In this document: positions 38,208-48,804 of the stretch, piece by piece
Position numbering within the stretch: the first letter of the stretch is position 1
Layout: every line of letters begins with the position of its first letter
Origin: Dehalococcoidia bacterium
GTDB lineage: Bacteria > Chloroflexota > Dehalococcoidia > Lucifugimonadales > JAAXIE01
Assembly: GCA_965263155.1 (NCBI GenBank)
Contig: OZ253586.1
Span: 2,091,002 to 2,155,001 of the forward strand
Direction: 5' to 3'
Length of the DNA: 64,000 nt
Position numbers and translations under genes: made by a program
Notes under the pieces: generated by a model
Databases searched by the model: none
Told to the model about the DNA's origin: nothing
What the model saw: only the letters and a program-made list of their open reading frames with translations

Positions 38208-39413
38208 CTAATCCTGCCGGCCCCGCGCGGCGATGGGCCAATACCCCACCAGCTTGCCGCCCCTTACCGCTCGGATGTAGTCAAATTGGTTTACGCAGAG
38301 AGCCAGGTTATGGGGAACCAGCCATGCCCTGTCCCCCGGCATCAACCGCCCCCAAGCCTGCTCCTCCAACTCCAGGATCCCGTGCTCGGCACTGAACCTG
38401 GTGGCGGTGGCGCCGTCCATTCCGTCCAAAGTCGGCAGCCCGAAATCGGGAGCCATGGCCTTGTGCCCGGCATCCAACACCGCCCGGCCGGGCACAGGAT
38501 GACTGATTACCGTGGCCAGAACCCGGGCTGCTGGGGCCAACTCCGGGCGAATCCGGCAGGTCTCGGCGTCCATCAATGGATAGGCCCCCGCCTGCACCTC
38601 GGTTACGCCGGAGATGTTCTGGGCTATGTCGTAGTTGTAGGTGCTGCCCACGCTGACCATCTCCACCGGCAGACCCTCACGCTCCAGCAGTTCCCTCGTG
38701 TCCACCACCGGCTGCAAGCGCCGACGGGTTTCCGCCTCCAACTCGGCGCGGTCGGTGATGGCCATGGGCCCCTCATGGGACATGAGGCCCCTGAGTTCCA
38801 CCCATTTCACGCTTGGGCAGGTGGCTGTCACGAATTGGGCAAGTTCCAGAGCTTCCAAGCCGGGAGCCACGCCTCCTCTTCCGTAACCTGAGTCGATATC
38901 CACCACTACTCTCAGGCTCTCCCCTGCCACCTCGAACGCCTCGGCCAGGTCACGCACATTGCGTGGGTTGTCAACCGCGAGGGCAACAGAAGTGCCATTA
39001 CTCTTGCATAAAGCGCAAAGACGGAGAATTTTGGACTTCGTTACCACTCTGCCGGTGATCAGTATCTCGTCGAAACCGGCCGAGGCGAACGTTTCCGCCT
39101 CGCCCAGCGTATTTACGGCGATGCCCCTGAATTTGCGCGTGGGCACCCCAACGTAATCGGTATCGACCAGATGCCAATCCATGGATCGCATTTGTTCCCA
39201 GCCAATATCAGGGCACCCGTGGCAGGACATATGCGGGCGCAGCCAGACATCGTTCGTGATTTCATACCACCCTCTCATGTCGCCTGTCCGCGCATCAAAG
39301 GAGCGATGAACCGTATCCATGTTCCGCGTCATCACATCCAGGTCCACCACCAGTGCCGGGGTGTCCAGTTCTTCTTGAGAAGTTCCCACCGGCTGGAAAA
39401 TCGGTCGTTCCAT
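38208..39413 (-). CDS. DSD1-like PLP enzyme, tandem paralogue
   Basis: It carries LDTPALVVDLDVMTRNMDTV. The layout is collinear with 37039..38142 (..VTEVQ(G/A)G(T/A)Y.., ..G(Q/D)(Q/R)(V/A)(L/W)L(I/V)P..). Confidence 0.8.
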   Translation of the reverse strand: MERPIFQPVGTSQEELDTPALVVDLDVMTRNMDTVHRSFDARTGDMRGWYEITNDVWLRPHMSCHGCPDIGWEQMRSMDWHLVDTDYVGVPTRKFRGIAVNTLGEAETFASAGFDEILITGRVVTKSKILRLCALCKSNGTSVALAVDNPRNVRDLAEAFEVAGESLRVVVDIDSGYGRGGVAPGLEALELAQFVTATCPSVKWVELRGLMSHEGPMAITDRAELEAETRRRLQPVVDTRELLEREGLPVEMVSVGSTYNYDIAQNISGVTEVQAGAYPLMDAETCRIRPELAPAARVLATVISHPVPGRAVLDAGHKAMAPDFGLPTLDGMDGATATRFSAEHGILELEEQAWGRLMPGDRAWLVPHNLALCVNQFDYIRAVRGGKLVGYWPIAARGRQD

Positions 39414-40351
39414 TAGTTCCGTCCCTCTGGTCGATACTTCCTGCGGTCAGAATATTGCTGGCAGAATATCACAAGAGCGGCATGCGGCTGAACTCGGAGT
39501 TCAGCCGTTCCTGGGTCCCGTCAGCCATGGCCCTATGGTACGCGGGGATGCTCTCACGAGATGCCGGAGGGTCTCGGGGCGACGGGGGGTGTCCGGTGCT
39601 GGGGAATCGCTCTAGGGACGATATCTCGATGAGCGCCTTACAACCGAGGTCGTATTTGCCCGTCATGCGAGAGCACCATCCAAGCTCAAGAGCCTTGGCC
39701 AGCTCATTGGGTATCGGCCCCGTCAGCTGGTTCTTTTCCACCACCGACCTGGGTAAAGGTTCTGGTCATGCGGGTAGGTAGATAGTGGCTTGGCAAATAG
39801 AGATACTCCCAGAAGCTAGTCCGGGTCCCGGGCGAGGCACACGACCCTCGCGAAAAGGCGGAAGATGCCCCGCGGCTAGGCGGAGCCTTTGTTCTGGCGA
39901 GGCCGTCTGATGCCATTACAGACACGTTACTAGCACGGGAGCTTCACGCTTTTCGCTGGCTAGTAAGCATCATGGGTATCACGGGCCACTACTTGCCCTG
40001 CTATTGCGAGCTACCCCCAAACTCTTCACGCGGAAAGGACTGCGGCATTTCACCTTAGCCCAAGGCAAGGAGAAAAGGCCCCTAGCTGTACAGTGGGGCT
40101 CTTTTGCTGTTGTTAGTACTCCTTCCGTTGCCTCGGCGAGGATTAAGACGGGTTACCGAGCGGGGGCCCGGTTGGCAGGAGGCTGACTCGCCAGCGAACT
40201 CGTGCGGCAGAGGAAGTAGCCGCCCTGCGCCTTAAATGGTGCCCCAGAGGCCAAGCCGGCCATCGATGGGTGAAACCATCGTCCACCCACCTCACTGGCA
40301 TGCCTAGCAACGCCACTGTACGACCGCTACGCTTTTGTCTTCGTGGTTGAC

Positions 40352-40360
40352 TGGTATAAT
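40352..40360 (+). promoter_or_regulatory. extended -10 promoter element (TGGTATAAT)
   Basis: TGnTATAAT lies 33 nt upstream of ATG 40393. A GAAGGAA SD follows. The paralogue at 59401 carries the analogous TGATATAAT. Confidence 0.4.
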
Positions 40361-40392
40361 CCCGGCGACACACTACCCGAAGGAATACTGAA

Positions 40393-40692
40393 ATGCCAGA
40401 GTTTGAGGTCGTGGCCCTCCGAGAGGCAATGATGTCCTCAACTACCACCGGAAAGAGAGCACAAATAGCGCAGGAATATGCCGGCTATATCGGACGCCTG
40501 CGCCCCGATGAGGCAGGCAGACTCACACCCTCAGATGGGGAAACCGTCGCCACCGTGCGCCGTCGCCTGGGTTCGGCAGCGAAAGCTTCAGGAAGAAGCA
40601 TACAAATAAGACGCGTCGGCACCGACATCTACTTTTGGGAGGACGCTCCCAAAAGGCGTGGCGGGAGGCCACGCAAGAATCCCTCGCCCTGA
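40393..40692 (+). CDS. small basic protein with an AT-hook-like C-terminus (RRGGRPRKN); paralogue of 59090..59401
   Basis: 99 aa. It is about 60% identical by eye to the 103-aa ORF at 59090..59401. The promoter and SD architecture are conserved. No family recognised. Confidence 0.7.
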   Translation: MPEFEVVALREAMMSSTTTGKRAQIAQEYAGYIGRLRPDEAGRLTPSDGETVATVRRRLGSAAKASGRSIQIRRVGTDIYFWEDAPKRRGGRPRKNPSP

Positions 40693-40836
40693 CCCACTTC
40701 GCCACCGCCCGCACGCACAGGACGAGAGGGTTGTCCGGTACTCCGCAGACTAGGAGAACCCCTTCCAACCGGAGCTTGCAAATATGTGTGGTCGCCGAGG
40801 CGTTGGCTCCCCATTCCCCGGGTGGATGGTGAGTTC

Positions 40837-41061
40837 ATGCCACTGAGCGTACTCACTTGGAATGTTCAGTGGGCTACTCCCAACTCGTGGCGAACTACCG
40901 ACATCTCCAGCCGCATTGATCGACACTCGCCTGACGTTGTCGGTCTCACCGAGACCCATGTGGGACTGCTCTCTCAACGTGGGCACACGATCTCCTCGAG
41001 CAAGCGGGGCTCTATCCCTCGCTACATCTGGACGCTGCATCTGCATGAGTGCCAAATGTGA
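40837..41061 (+). pseudogene. EEP-family nuclease/phosphatase, N-terminal fragment only
   Basis: MPLSVLTWNVQWA....ISSRIDRHSPDVVGLTETH matches the l.v.tWNv.......i...i....pDvv.LqE start of EEP domains. The ORF then degenerates and stops after about 75 aa. Confidence 0.45.
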
Positions 41062-41118
41062 CCGGCATTTTGGCAGACCAGGGGCACTACTAGGAAGGGT
41101 GGAGTTTAGGGCCAAGCC

Positions 41119-42924
41119 ATGCTAAGACTCCTTGGTGTCACCAACTTCGCCACCATAGAACAGCTCGAAATAGAGTTGGTGCCCGGCTTTAGTGTACTAA
41201 CCGGGGAGACGGGAGCGGGTAAGTCGATCATCGTGGACGCGCTGAGCCTTCTACTTGGAGGACGCGCCGATGTTGGCATGGTACGTTCTGGCACTCGCCA
41301 GTCCAGAGTAGAGGGCATCTTCCTGCTTAGGGGCGACATGTCTCAGAGAATCAATGTTGCTCTTGCTGAGTACGGAATTGACGTCGCCGAAGAGGAGATA
41401 CTTCTCGCTCGGGAGGTCAACCTGGATGGACGCAACACCTGCCGCGTGAACGGGCGAATCGTATCTCTCAGGATGTTAAACTCACTGGCGAGATACCTGG
41501 TGGACATCCATGGTCAAAATCAGCACTTATCCCTTCTCCGCGTGCGTGAGCATATGGATATCCTGGACAAGTATGGAGGGCTATGGCAACTTCGCACCGA
41601 GGTGGCAGAGAGGGTCCGCCAACTAGCGGAGGTGCGCCAAGAGTTAGACGGGCTTTTGAAGGATGAAGAAGAGCTCGGTCAACGAATCGATTATCTGAGG
41701 TATCAAGTAGAGGAGATCAGCACAGCAAATCTACGCCCAACTGAAGATCATGACCTGACCCTGGAGAGGGACCGGGGCGCCAACGCAGAGCGAATCATCA
41801 CACTGTCCGACCAAGCCTACAGAGTACTATCCGATAGCTCCGACCGGCACGAATCGGTCATGGATCTTATCGGGCAGGTGTCCAAGGACCTTTCCGAGCT
41901 GGAACGACTGGACCCCTCGTTGAATCAGAACCGTGAGACGGTAGACGCCTTGACCCACCAGGTAGAGGAGTTGGCGCGTGCACTCCGAGGCTATCGTGAT
42001 GGCATCGAACACAGCGCGAACCGTCTTCAGGAGGTTGAGGAGCGTTTGGGCTTGATCAACAATCTCAAAAGGAAGTACGGCAGTACCATCGAAGAAATCC
42101 TGGCCTTTGGCGAGAGGGTCTCGCAGGAGCTGGAAAAGCTGCATCACAGCGAAGAGCGTGCGGAGGAATTGAAATCCCGAGAGATCAAGCTTCGAACGCA
42201 GGTCGGCAGACTTGCGGGTCAGCTCTCCGAAGCCCGGCGACGCGCAGCCAAGCGCTTGGCTGATGCTATACAGGAAGAGGTCGCCGGGCTGCCCTTGGGA
42301 CACGCTCAAGTGCTTGTGGATATCCGTCAATCAGACTCGGATGACGGTGTGCCGGTTGGGACCGCGGAGTCGGTCTCCTACACAACACCTTCTTTAGGCG
42401 GGGAGTCTGTCAGGCATCTCGCGTTCAACGGGACAGGTATAGACTCCGTGGAATTCTTGATCTCTCTGAACCCAGGTGAACCGCCACGACCCCTAGCCAG
42501 AATCGCCTCGGGAGGAGAAGCCTCCAGGCTGATGCTTGCCATTAAGACAATCCTATCCACGGCTGACCAGATTCCGATACTCGTGTTCGACGAAGTCGAT
42601 GCGGGGATAGGAGGCCGAGTCGGGAGTGTCCTGGGTGAGAAACTATGGGGTCTGTCCAAGAGCCACCAGGTCCTATGTGTAACTCACCTCCCACAAATAG
42701 CGTGCTATGCAGACCACCACGCTAAGGTTACAAAACTCGCCTCACATGATAGGACCGTGACATCGGTGGAGGTTCTGGACGGTGAGGCCAGGGTGACGGA
42801 ACTTAGTCAGATGCTGGGCTCCGATAGCGGCGCTACCCGCACCAACGCCTTGGAGATGTTACTGCAGGCCAAGAACTGGAAGGAGAGCAAAAGGGTGTAC
42901 CCCATGCAGGAAACCCTTGCATAA
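41119..42924 (+). CDS. recN: DNA repair protein RecN
   Basis: 601 aa. It starts MLRLLGVTNFATIEQLEIELVPGFSVLTGETGAGKSIIVDALSLLLGGRAD. It has a long coiled-coil middle. The C-terminus carries ASGGEASRLMLAIK and LVFDEVDAGIGG. Confidence 0.95.
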   Translation: MLRLLGVTNFATIEQLEIELVPGFSVLTGETGAGKSIIVDALSLLLGGRADVGMVRSGTRQSRVEGIFLLRGDMSQRINVALAEYGIDVAEEEILLAREVNLDGRNTCRVNGRIVSLRMLNSLARYLVDIHGQNQHLSLLRVREHMDILDKYGGLWQLRTEVAERVRQLAEVRQELDGLLKDEEELGQRIDYLRYQVEEISTANLRPTEDHDLTLERDRGANAERIITLSDQAYRVLSDSSDRHESVMDLIGQVSKDLSELERLDPSLNQNRETVDALTHQVEELARALRGYRDGIEHSANRLQEVEERLGLINNLKRKYGSTIEEILAFGERVSQELEKLHHSEERAEELKSREIKLRTQVGRLAGQLSEARRRAAKRLADAIQEEVAGLPLGHAQVLVDIRQSDSDDGVPVGTAESVSYTTPSLGGESVRHLAFNGTGIDSVEFLISLNPGEPPRPLARIASGGEASRLMLAIKTILSTADQIPILVFDEVDAGIGGRVGSVLGEKLWGLSKSHQVLCVTHLPQIACYADHHAKVTKLASHDRTVTSVEVLDGEARVTELSQMLGSDSGATRTNALEMLLQAKNWKESKRVYPMQETLA

Positions 42925-43530
42925 CCGCCATGGACGTAGACTCGAACCTATCGCATGTCCATTGGTACAGTCGGCCAGAGTGCTAAGCTGAACTTCAGCG
43001 AGAAGGACCCGCACCGCATGACCAACGACCGCCACCTACGGATTCATGCGGACGGAACCTCTGAGTCTCTTGAGGCCCTTCAAGAAATGTACGGATACCC
43101 TGGAGGCGCCGACCCAGCTACGGCGCTTTTGTTCCAACAGGGACCTCTGCGTCAAAGCGCTGCTCCTCAGCCGCTGTGGAGTGAGGGAACCGAGACCTTC
43201 ACCTGCTTCGATTCTCGCCTCGACCTCAGCCGTGCTAATAGAAGGGGAGCACTCTGAGGCGTTTGACCGCACCGTGTATTCGCGGAATGGAGTTTAATCT
43301 CTGCACGGCGCTGCAGGAGATCCCTCAACCGAGGCGGTGCGAGGCACCTAGGCCGTTATTGCGAGGGGGCACCAACCTGCCAGCAGTAGGCATCCGGTTC
43401 ACTGCACTCATTTCAGGGCAGTTGCAGCCGATAGTGGGGAGGACACACGAATTCTGCCACAGGCGACGAGAACACTGTATTATGCTACCATAAATCCATA
43501 ATTCCATTTGTTACAGAGGACTCTGACACG

Positions 43531-43806
43531 ATGAAGGTAATCAGCGTGGCCGTCGACGATGAAACCCACCGCCTGGCTAGGATCAAGGCCGCCCAGAAGG
43601 GCACATCCATGTCCGCCCTGCTGAGGGAGTACCTTCTGCAGGTACTCAGGGAGGACGGCGACCGTCCTCCTGCGGAGACCGAGCCGCAGCGCAGGGCGAG
43701 AAACTTGGACGAGGTCATGGCAAGGTTTGAGGCGGAGGGCGTGGGTTTAAATGCCAGTGAAAGGCTGAGCAGGGAGGAGCTGTACGAGAGGCATGCGTCT
43801 CGCTGA
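43531..43806 (+). CDS. vapB: ribbon-helix-helix (CopG/Arc-type) antitoxin, VapB-like
   Basis: MKVISVAVDDETHRLARIKAAQKGTSMSALLREYL is a typical RHH N-terminus. It overlaps the downstream PIN gene by 14 nt. Confidence 0.8.
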   Translation: MKVISVAVDDETHRLARIKAAQKGTSMSALLREYLLQVLREDGDRPPAETEPQRRARNLDEVMARFEAEGVGLNASERLSREELYERHASR

Positions 43807-44200
43807 CACCAACATCCTGATCTATGCGGCCGACACCTCCCCAGAAGAAAGACAAAAGAGAGCAAGGGCCGCGGAGGTTCTCAAGACAGAGGATCTGTGT
43901 CTGTCTGTACAGGTCCTCCAAGAGTTCTACCACCAGGCTACGCGACCGACAGGCAGACTTGGTATGTCCCACGAGCAAGCCCTGGCTTTCCTGGACCCCT
44001 TCATGGACCTGACCATCCAGCCGGTAACTCAGGAAGTGTTCAGGGCGGCTGCAGAGATTGCAAACAGGCACAATATCTCCTACTGGGACGCCGCCATAGT
44101 GGCGGCGGCACGAATTCTGGGATGCGACGCGGTCTATTCGGAAGACCTCAACCAAGGCCAGTCATACGACGGCGTCGTGGTGATAAACCCCTTTCGCTGA
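43793..44200 (+). CDS. vapC: PIN-domain toxin VapC
   Basis: The motifs are MRLADTNILIYA (first acidic D), ..YWDAAIVAAA.. and ..VYSEDL. Confidence 0.85.
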   Translation: MRLADTNILIYAADTSPEERQKRARAAEVLKTEDLCLSVQVLQEFYHQATRPTGRLGMSHEQALAFLDPFMDLTIQPVTQEVFRAAAEIANRHNISYWDAAIVAAARILGCDAVYSEDLNQGQSYDGVVVINPFR

Positions 44201-44545
44201 TCGCAAGGGAGATGACTTGCTATCCTGTGGCCCAAATGTCCGTGCTGTGAGAGCGGCCGGAAGTAGGTGAAGTGAGGCCACGTTGACCGTGGCCTGCCCC
44301 AGGAGAAGCTTCTAAAAACGATCCGCTCATTCTTGAGACGAGAAACGCACAGACCATTAGTTGGGTTGCAGCAGACAATTGAGAGACACACTTTGAATGG
44401 GAGGCCCCACAGTTGCTAGATCAGTTTTTCCCGTCTCCATCCGGTCAAAAACACCCCCCGGACCTACTCTGAGAATAGAGATTTACGGAATCGCCGGTAC
44501 CGATAGATAGGATTTCACAGGGGCCTTTTACTCCTCTTAACCGGC

Positions 44546-44604
44546 TTTGCCCCAAAAGTCGCGTTTGGCCCAAAAGTCGGCAGTTTGGCCCAATAGTCCC
44601 TGAG
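44546..44604. repeat. three tandem imperfect 18-21-bp direct repeats
   Basis: The units are CTTTGCCCCAAAAGTCGCG, TTTGGCCCAAAAGTCGGCAG and TTTGGCCCAATAGTCCCTGAG. They lie in the gap between two convergent genes. Confidence 0.6.
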
Positions 44605-44792
44605 ATATGAACCTCCCTCAGTGCTTACCGTCCATATCGTCGCTCGGCCTCCGCCAAAGCCCGCTTGTCCGTGCGCCCCATGAACGCCAGGACAATCACC
44701 GCCGGTATGGGGAACTAAAGATGTACAGGTTGACCGGAGGGGTGGGGAGCATATCCCCACCCCTCTCTTATAGTGAGAAATGAAGCGTCCTC

Positions 44793-45224
44793 CTATTCCG
44801 GCGTCTCACATGAATAAGATGGACTCAACGAGGCCTGAGGCTGAGGCGAAAGGGGATTCTGGTCCATCCTCTGCACATATATCGTGTTACCTGTATGCAG
44901 ATCAATGAGGGTACGAGAACCCAATGGCGCTTTCAGGAGGCAAGTCATAATCTCTGCACATTCCACCCCACTGAATCGTGGAACCTGATGGGTTACCTTA
45001 ATCTTTACCTCTTTGGCCGTCTCCTCAATATGAGATACAGCTGCCCCTCGTTCGCAGGAGTTCACGGCAAACCTGATAACATCCGGCCCATCCAGATATA
45101 CATGGCCGTCCAGTATCTCCACACCTCCCCTCCAACCACAGCCTCCGCCTACTAAGACCAGAACGACCAGTCCAGCGGCAACCACTAGTAGGCGACGGCG
45201 CATCATCGCTAGTGATCTTTCCAC
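44793..45224 (-). CDS. hypothetical lipoprotein
   Basis: It has a signal peptide with Cys (LLVVAAGLVVLVLVGGGC). No family recognised. Confidence 0.55.
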   Translation of the reverse strand: MERSLAMMRRRLLVVAAGLVVLVLVGGGCGWRGGVEILDGHVYLDGPDVIRFAVNSCERGAAVSHIEETAKEVKIKVTHQVPRFSGVECAEIMTCLLKAPLGSRTLIDLHTGNTIYVQRMDQNPLSPQPQASLSPSYSCETPE

Positions 45225-45567
45225 TTCTCGGCTCTTCCAGGAATGCCCAATGGCGACCAGCTATCTTCCTCTAGGGCTAATATGGAACAAGGAGGGCACG
45301 ATGCCCCCTCCGAGACAAAAGGTCATGCAAAGGCACCGTGGTAGCTGTGGGGTAGCTCGCATCAGGGGCTCAAAGAACCCAGCAAAGGGCGGGCACGTCG
45401 CGGGTTTGGGCAGGGCACAACTCCACTGATAGCCCCCTTCGGCTTTACAGAATAACTATTGTGTGAACCACAGTCTCCGACAAACGGTGGGCCAGCAAGA
45501 CCACCAGCAGCACCTGAAACCCACCCGCTTCCAAGGTTGCGGCCACGATCTCACGCAGGTTCACTTA

Positions 45568-46913
45568 GCAGGCTGCTGAAGAATAGTTTCTGGGCCGGTT
45601 AGGCATACTGGTTTAAGTGGGCGTGGAATGGCTTTCGCTGGAGAGTAGGGCGGTCTGGGGTTCCAGCGGGCGCGACTCGGGTGGGGATCAGCAAGGGCTG
45701 GGAGGGCCCGCCAGACCTTACGGGCACACAGCCACGCTCAGGGGATCACGCCGTCCGAACGGCCCGAGTCCTCTCACACGCCACCAGGTTCGCCATCCGC
45801 ACCAGGTTGTAGGCCGTAGCCACAAAGTACCCAGCCAGCCCCGTCCTCTCTACTCCCCGGTACCGTGTCCTCCGTAATCCTCCCACTGTCTTCATCCACC
45901 CGAACACCTCCTCCACCCTCTTGCGTACCTTCTGGCTCGCCCTTGTAGCTAGCGTGCCTCGTGGTGCGCCCGTCTATCGCCGAGTGTGTCCGCCGCGCCA
46001 CGTGAGGCGTCACCCCACGATTGCGCATAGCCCTGACACACTCCCGGGTGTCGTAGCCCTTATCAGCTCCCAGGGTCCTGGGACGGTATCCCCCGCTGCC
46101 GGGCGTCGTCCAGCATCACGGGCACAGCCTCACGCTCCGCCCTACCCGTGGCCCTGCTCACCACGAAGTCCATCAACAGCCCGTTGCCGTTCTCCATCAG
46201 CGCGTGGCCCATGAATGACAGCCTAGCCTCCCTGCCCTTCCCCTTCCGCATCAACCTGGCCTCGGGGTCCGTCCTGCTCTCGTGGGTCTCGTTCTTCAAC
46301 CTCTCTCCACGAAAGTCCACCCACGGATTGCCTGGATCGTCGCCGGGCGGTGGCTCCCCCTCATCTCGCCGCCGGAAGCTCTTGATGCTGGCCACTGCCT
46401 CTATCAGCGTCCCGTCCACGCTGAAGTGCTCGTCCGACAGCAGTCCACGGCGGTCCGCCTCCCATACCACCTCGTCGAACAGGGCCTGTCCCACACGGTG
46501 TTCCAGCAATCGTTTCCGGTTTTTTGTGAACACCGTGGGGTCAAAGCTAGGCTCCATCAGGTTCATGTCCAGAAACCAGCGAAAGAGGAGATTGTATTCC
46601 AACTCCTCGCAGAAGGCCCTCTCGCTGCGCACCGAGTAGAGGGATATGAGCAGGGAGGCCTTCAGCAATCGCTCCGGTGACACCGATGCCCGGCCCACCC
46701 TGGAGTACATCCGGTCGAACTCGGGTGAGAGACGTTTCAGCGCCTCGTCGGCCACCGCCTTGATGGTGCGTAGAGGATGGTCCTTGGGTACCCGCTTCTC
46801 CAGATTCACGTAGGCCAACATCACTTCCTGTTCCTCATGCCTGCCGCGCATCCCCCACCTCCGCTGCGTCTCCCCGGCATCCTATCTCACAAAACTCTTT
46901 TCCCGCACCCTGT
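45568..46913 (-). mobile_element. IS5/IS1182-like full-length copy, transposase decayed by frameshifts
   Basis: Both IRs are present, each abutting TA. The transposase is split into ORF 46063..46851 plus fragments such as 45774..46028. Confidence 0.9.
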
Positions 46914-46923
46914 TAGGTCTCCG

Positions 46924-48102
46924 TCATGCGTTGGGCCAACCCACCATGCAAAGCAGGTCATCAATTTGGTCAATGTGCCGAGGGTGGATTCTGGGCGTGG
47001 GACCTCCTTCGGCATGGTCGGCCCACAGAGCAAAGGTAACCCCTTTCAGGTAGACGAGGTAGTCCATAAACTGGTCTCGGCTTATCCGGTGTTCTTTGGC
47101 GGGGTCAATTACCTCGGGACCAACAAAAGGGGCAGGTGACAGGGTGAAGCCCCGGACCTGCGGGTCGCCCATCCTAAACGAGCCGCTGTGAGATGCCCTC
47201 CCGTAGATGAACCGTTGGGTTCCCGTTCCCGTGGGGAATCCATCCCAGCATTGATGCTGCACGCCATCAATATCAACATCGATGAGATTTCTCTTCGAAG
47301 CATATTCCTTAATGCCGATGAAGGCTTGATATGGGAATCCGCAAGTGTCTCTTATCTGAGACATTCGGGAGAATAGCATGTCGGCATCGCCATCCGCCTC
47401 ATACTTTGCATTGACCTCATTTACGGCTGAAGTGTAGTCCCCCATCTCCTTGTGGTAGTCACTCCAACTCTTCGTGTCCAGGTCCACCAGCTCTTCCATC
47501 TTGCGCGCCCGGCAAGGCACTGCGTAAGGTTCGACTATAACAGGTTCGGTTAGGTAACCCGGGTCTTCATCTGCGGTACCTCGGGCGTCGTCTCCGACCC
47601 GCACCGCATAAACGTCGATGCCTTGCTGTCGCAGGGTATCAATCTTCTTCCAGCTTGGGGATGACGTATCCACGACCTCAATGATAGCCGTCGGCTTCCA
47701 AGCGTTCCTCGCGTACAGGCTGATGTCCGGGGTGAATCTGTTGAAAGGCTCCTCTAGTTCTGCCCGCCCGCCTCTAAGCCCATGGAGCAGGTTGTGCACT
47801 ACGGGGAACCCGCCCCCGCATATGCAATCGAACGGCTCGCGGTAGATGACGTGAAAGCAGCTACGTCGCGGATAGGGACGGGACCGTTGGCTGGCCAGCG
47901 CAGACTCCAGTACCTCGAAGTCCGGCTGGTCGCGCATGTGGTCAGCAATCTCAATCGAACGGAACTCATGGGGCGTTGCCCTGCCGTAGTAGGAAGCTTT
48001 ATCTTCCTGGGATAGTGCGTTTTTTAGCCTGTTCCACAACACGACCTTGGTGGCCCAGTGCGGAGTGCCTTCTGGATGCAGAGGTGTCCCCATGTTCATC
48101 AA
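46924..48102 (-). CDS. hypothetical protein with a PD-(D/E)xK / CoiA-like nuclease motif
   Basis: 392 aa and AT-richer than the flanks. FTPDISLY...PTAIIEVVDTSSPSWKK resembles the PD...E(I/V)xxS..K core of CoiA-type restriction-endonuclease-fold proteins. The rest is unrecognised. Confidence 0.6.
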   Translation of the reverse strand: MMNMGTPLHPEGTPHWATKVVLWNRLKNALSQEDKASYYGRATPHEFRSIEIADHMRDQPDFEVLESALASQRSRPYPRRSCFHVIYREPFDCICGGGFPVVHNLLHGLRGGRAELEEPFNRFTPDISLYARNAWKPTAIIEVVDTSSPSWKKIDTLRQQGIDVYAVRVGDDARGTADEDPGYLTEPVIVEPYAVPCRARKMEELVDLDTKSWSDYHKEMGDYTSAVNEVNAKYEADGDADMLFSRMSQIRDTCGFPYQAFIGIKEYASKRNLIDVDIDGVQHQCWDGFPTGTGTQRFIYGRASHSGSFRMGDPQVRGFTLSPAPFVGPEVIDPAKEHRISRDQFMDYLVYLKGVTFALWADHAEGGPTPRIHPRHIDQIDDLLCMVGWPNA

Positions 48103-48134
48103 TGGTGCCCCCTTCTCTTTGAGAATAACTATTG

Positions 48135-48507
48135 TAGGAGTCCGGGGCCGTGGTCATCACCGGCGTGACGGCGGTGTGCTCCGGAGACTCCTTCCGCTGA
48201 CCAAAGACGGCCCTCGCCTGCTCCCGGGTGAGGATTCCCCGCAGGGTGAAGTCCCGCGCAATCAGGAACACGGCGTCCAGGCCGTGACTCTCCATGGCGT
48301 GGAGCGCCGCCCGGGGGCCCTGCCGCTCGTACACCACAACGTTGGGCCCCCGCATAATGGTCTTCGCCTGGATGACCTCGGCCCTGGAGACGTCGCGCAC
48401 TAACTCCGTCACGTAGTCGTCGGGGGCAAGGTGACTATCTCCTCCGACGAGTCCTCTTGGATAATCTCTCCGTCCCGCATGATGGCAATACGGTCGCCTA
48501 TCTTGTG
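48135..48507 (-). pseudogene. glycine-betaine/proline ABC transporter ATPase (ProV/OpuAA-like), C-terminal fragment with a CBS domain
   Basis: It reads KIGDRIAIMRDGEIIQ..EEIV..(frameshift)..PDDYVTELVRDV..VIQAKTIM.....HGLDAVFLI..LRGILT. The 5' end is cut by the IS fragment at 48508. Confidence 0.6.
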
Positions 48508-48772
48508 CTGGCTGGGTACTTTGTGGCTACGGCTTACAACCTGTTGCGGATGGCGAACCTGGCGTCGTGTCAGAGGGCTCGGGCCGTTCAGTCCGTGTGA
48601 TTTGCCTGGGGTGCAAAGCGCCCCAAGGGTCTGATGAGGCCTCCCAGCCCTTGCTGACCACCTCTCGGGCCGGCCCGTGGGCTCCATGCCCCCTTCCGGC
48701 CTACTGCTAAGCGTCGCCGCCCGCTAGAACCGGCCACGTCTTACCAAGGAAACCTATTCTTCAGCAGCCTGC
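48508..48772 (+). mobile_element. IS5/IS1182-like 3'-terminal fragment
   Basis: It aligns with 27815-28082 of the full copy. It ends ..CTATTCTTCAGCAGCCTGC followed by TA. Confidence 0.85.
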
Positions 48773-48804
48773 TAGTGGCGCCGCACTACAATCGGTGCCT
48801 GCCT

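Noticed and set aside
39469-39744. 91-aa minus-strand ORF containing NQLTGPIPNELAK
   Set aside because: It is a single degenerate LRR unit with no signal peptide or further repeats. It is most likely a scrap of an LRR gene rather than a functional CDS.
44546-44604. CRISPR array
   Set aside because: The three 18-21-bp repeats are directly adjacent with no spacers. No cas genes occur in the window.
45449-48135. Identical 14-mer AGAATAACTATTGT at 45449-45462 and 48122-48135, flanking the IS copy and the nuclease-like gene (possible target duplication)
   Set aside because: Several identical 14-mer pairs are expected by chance in 64 kb. Joining the flanks in silico does not restore the ProV/CBS reading frame.
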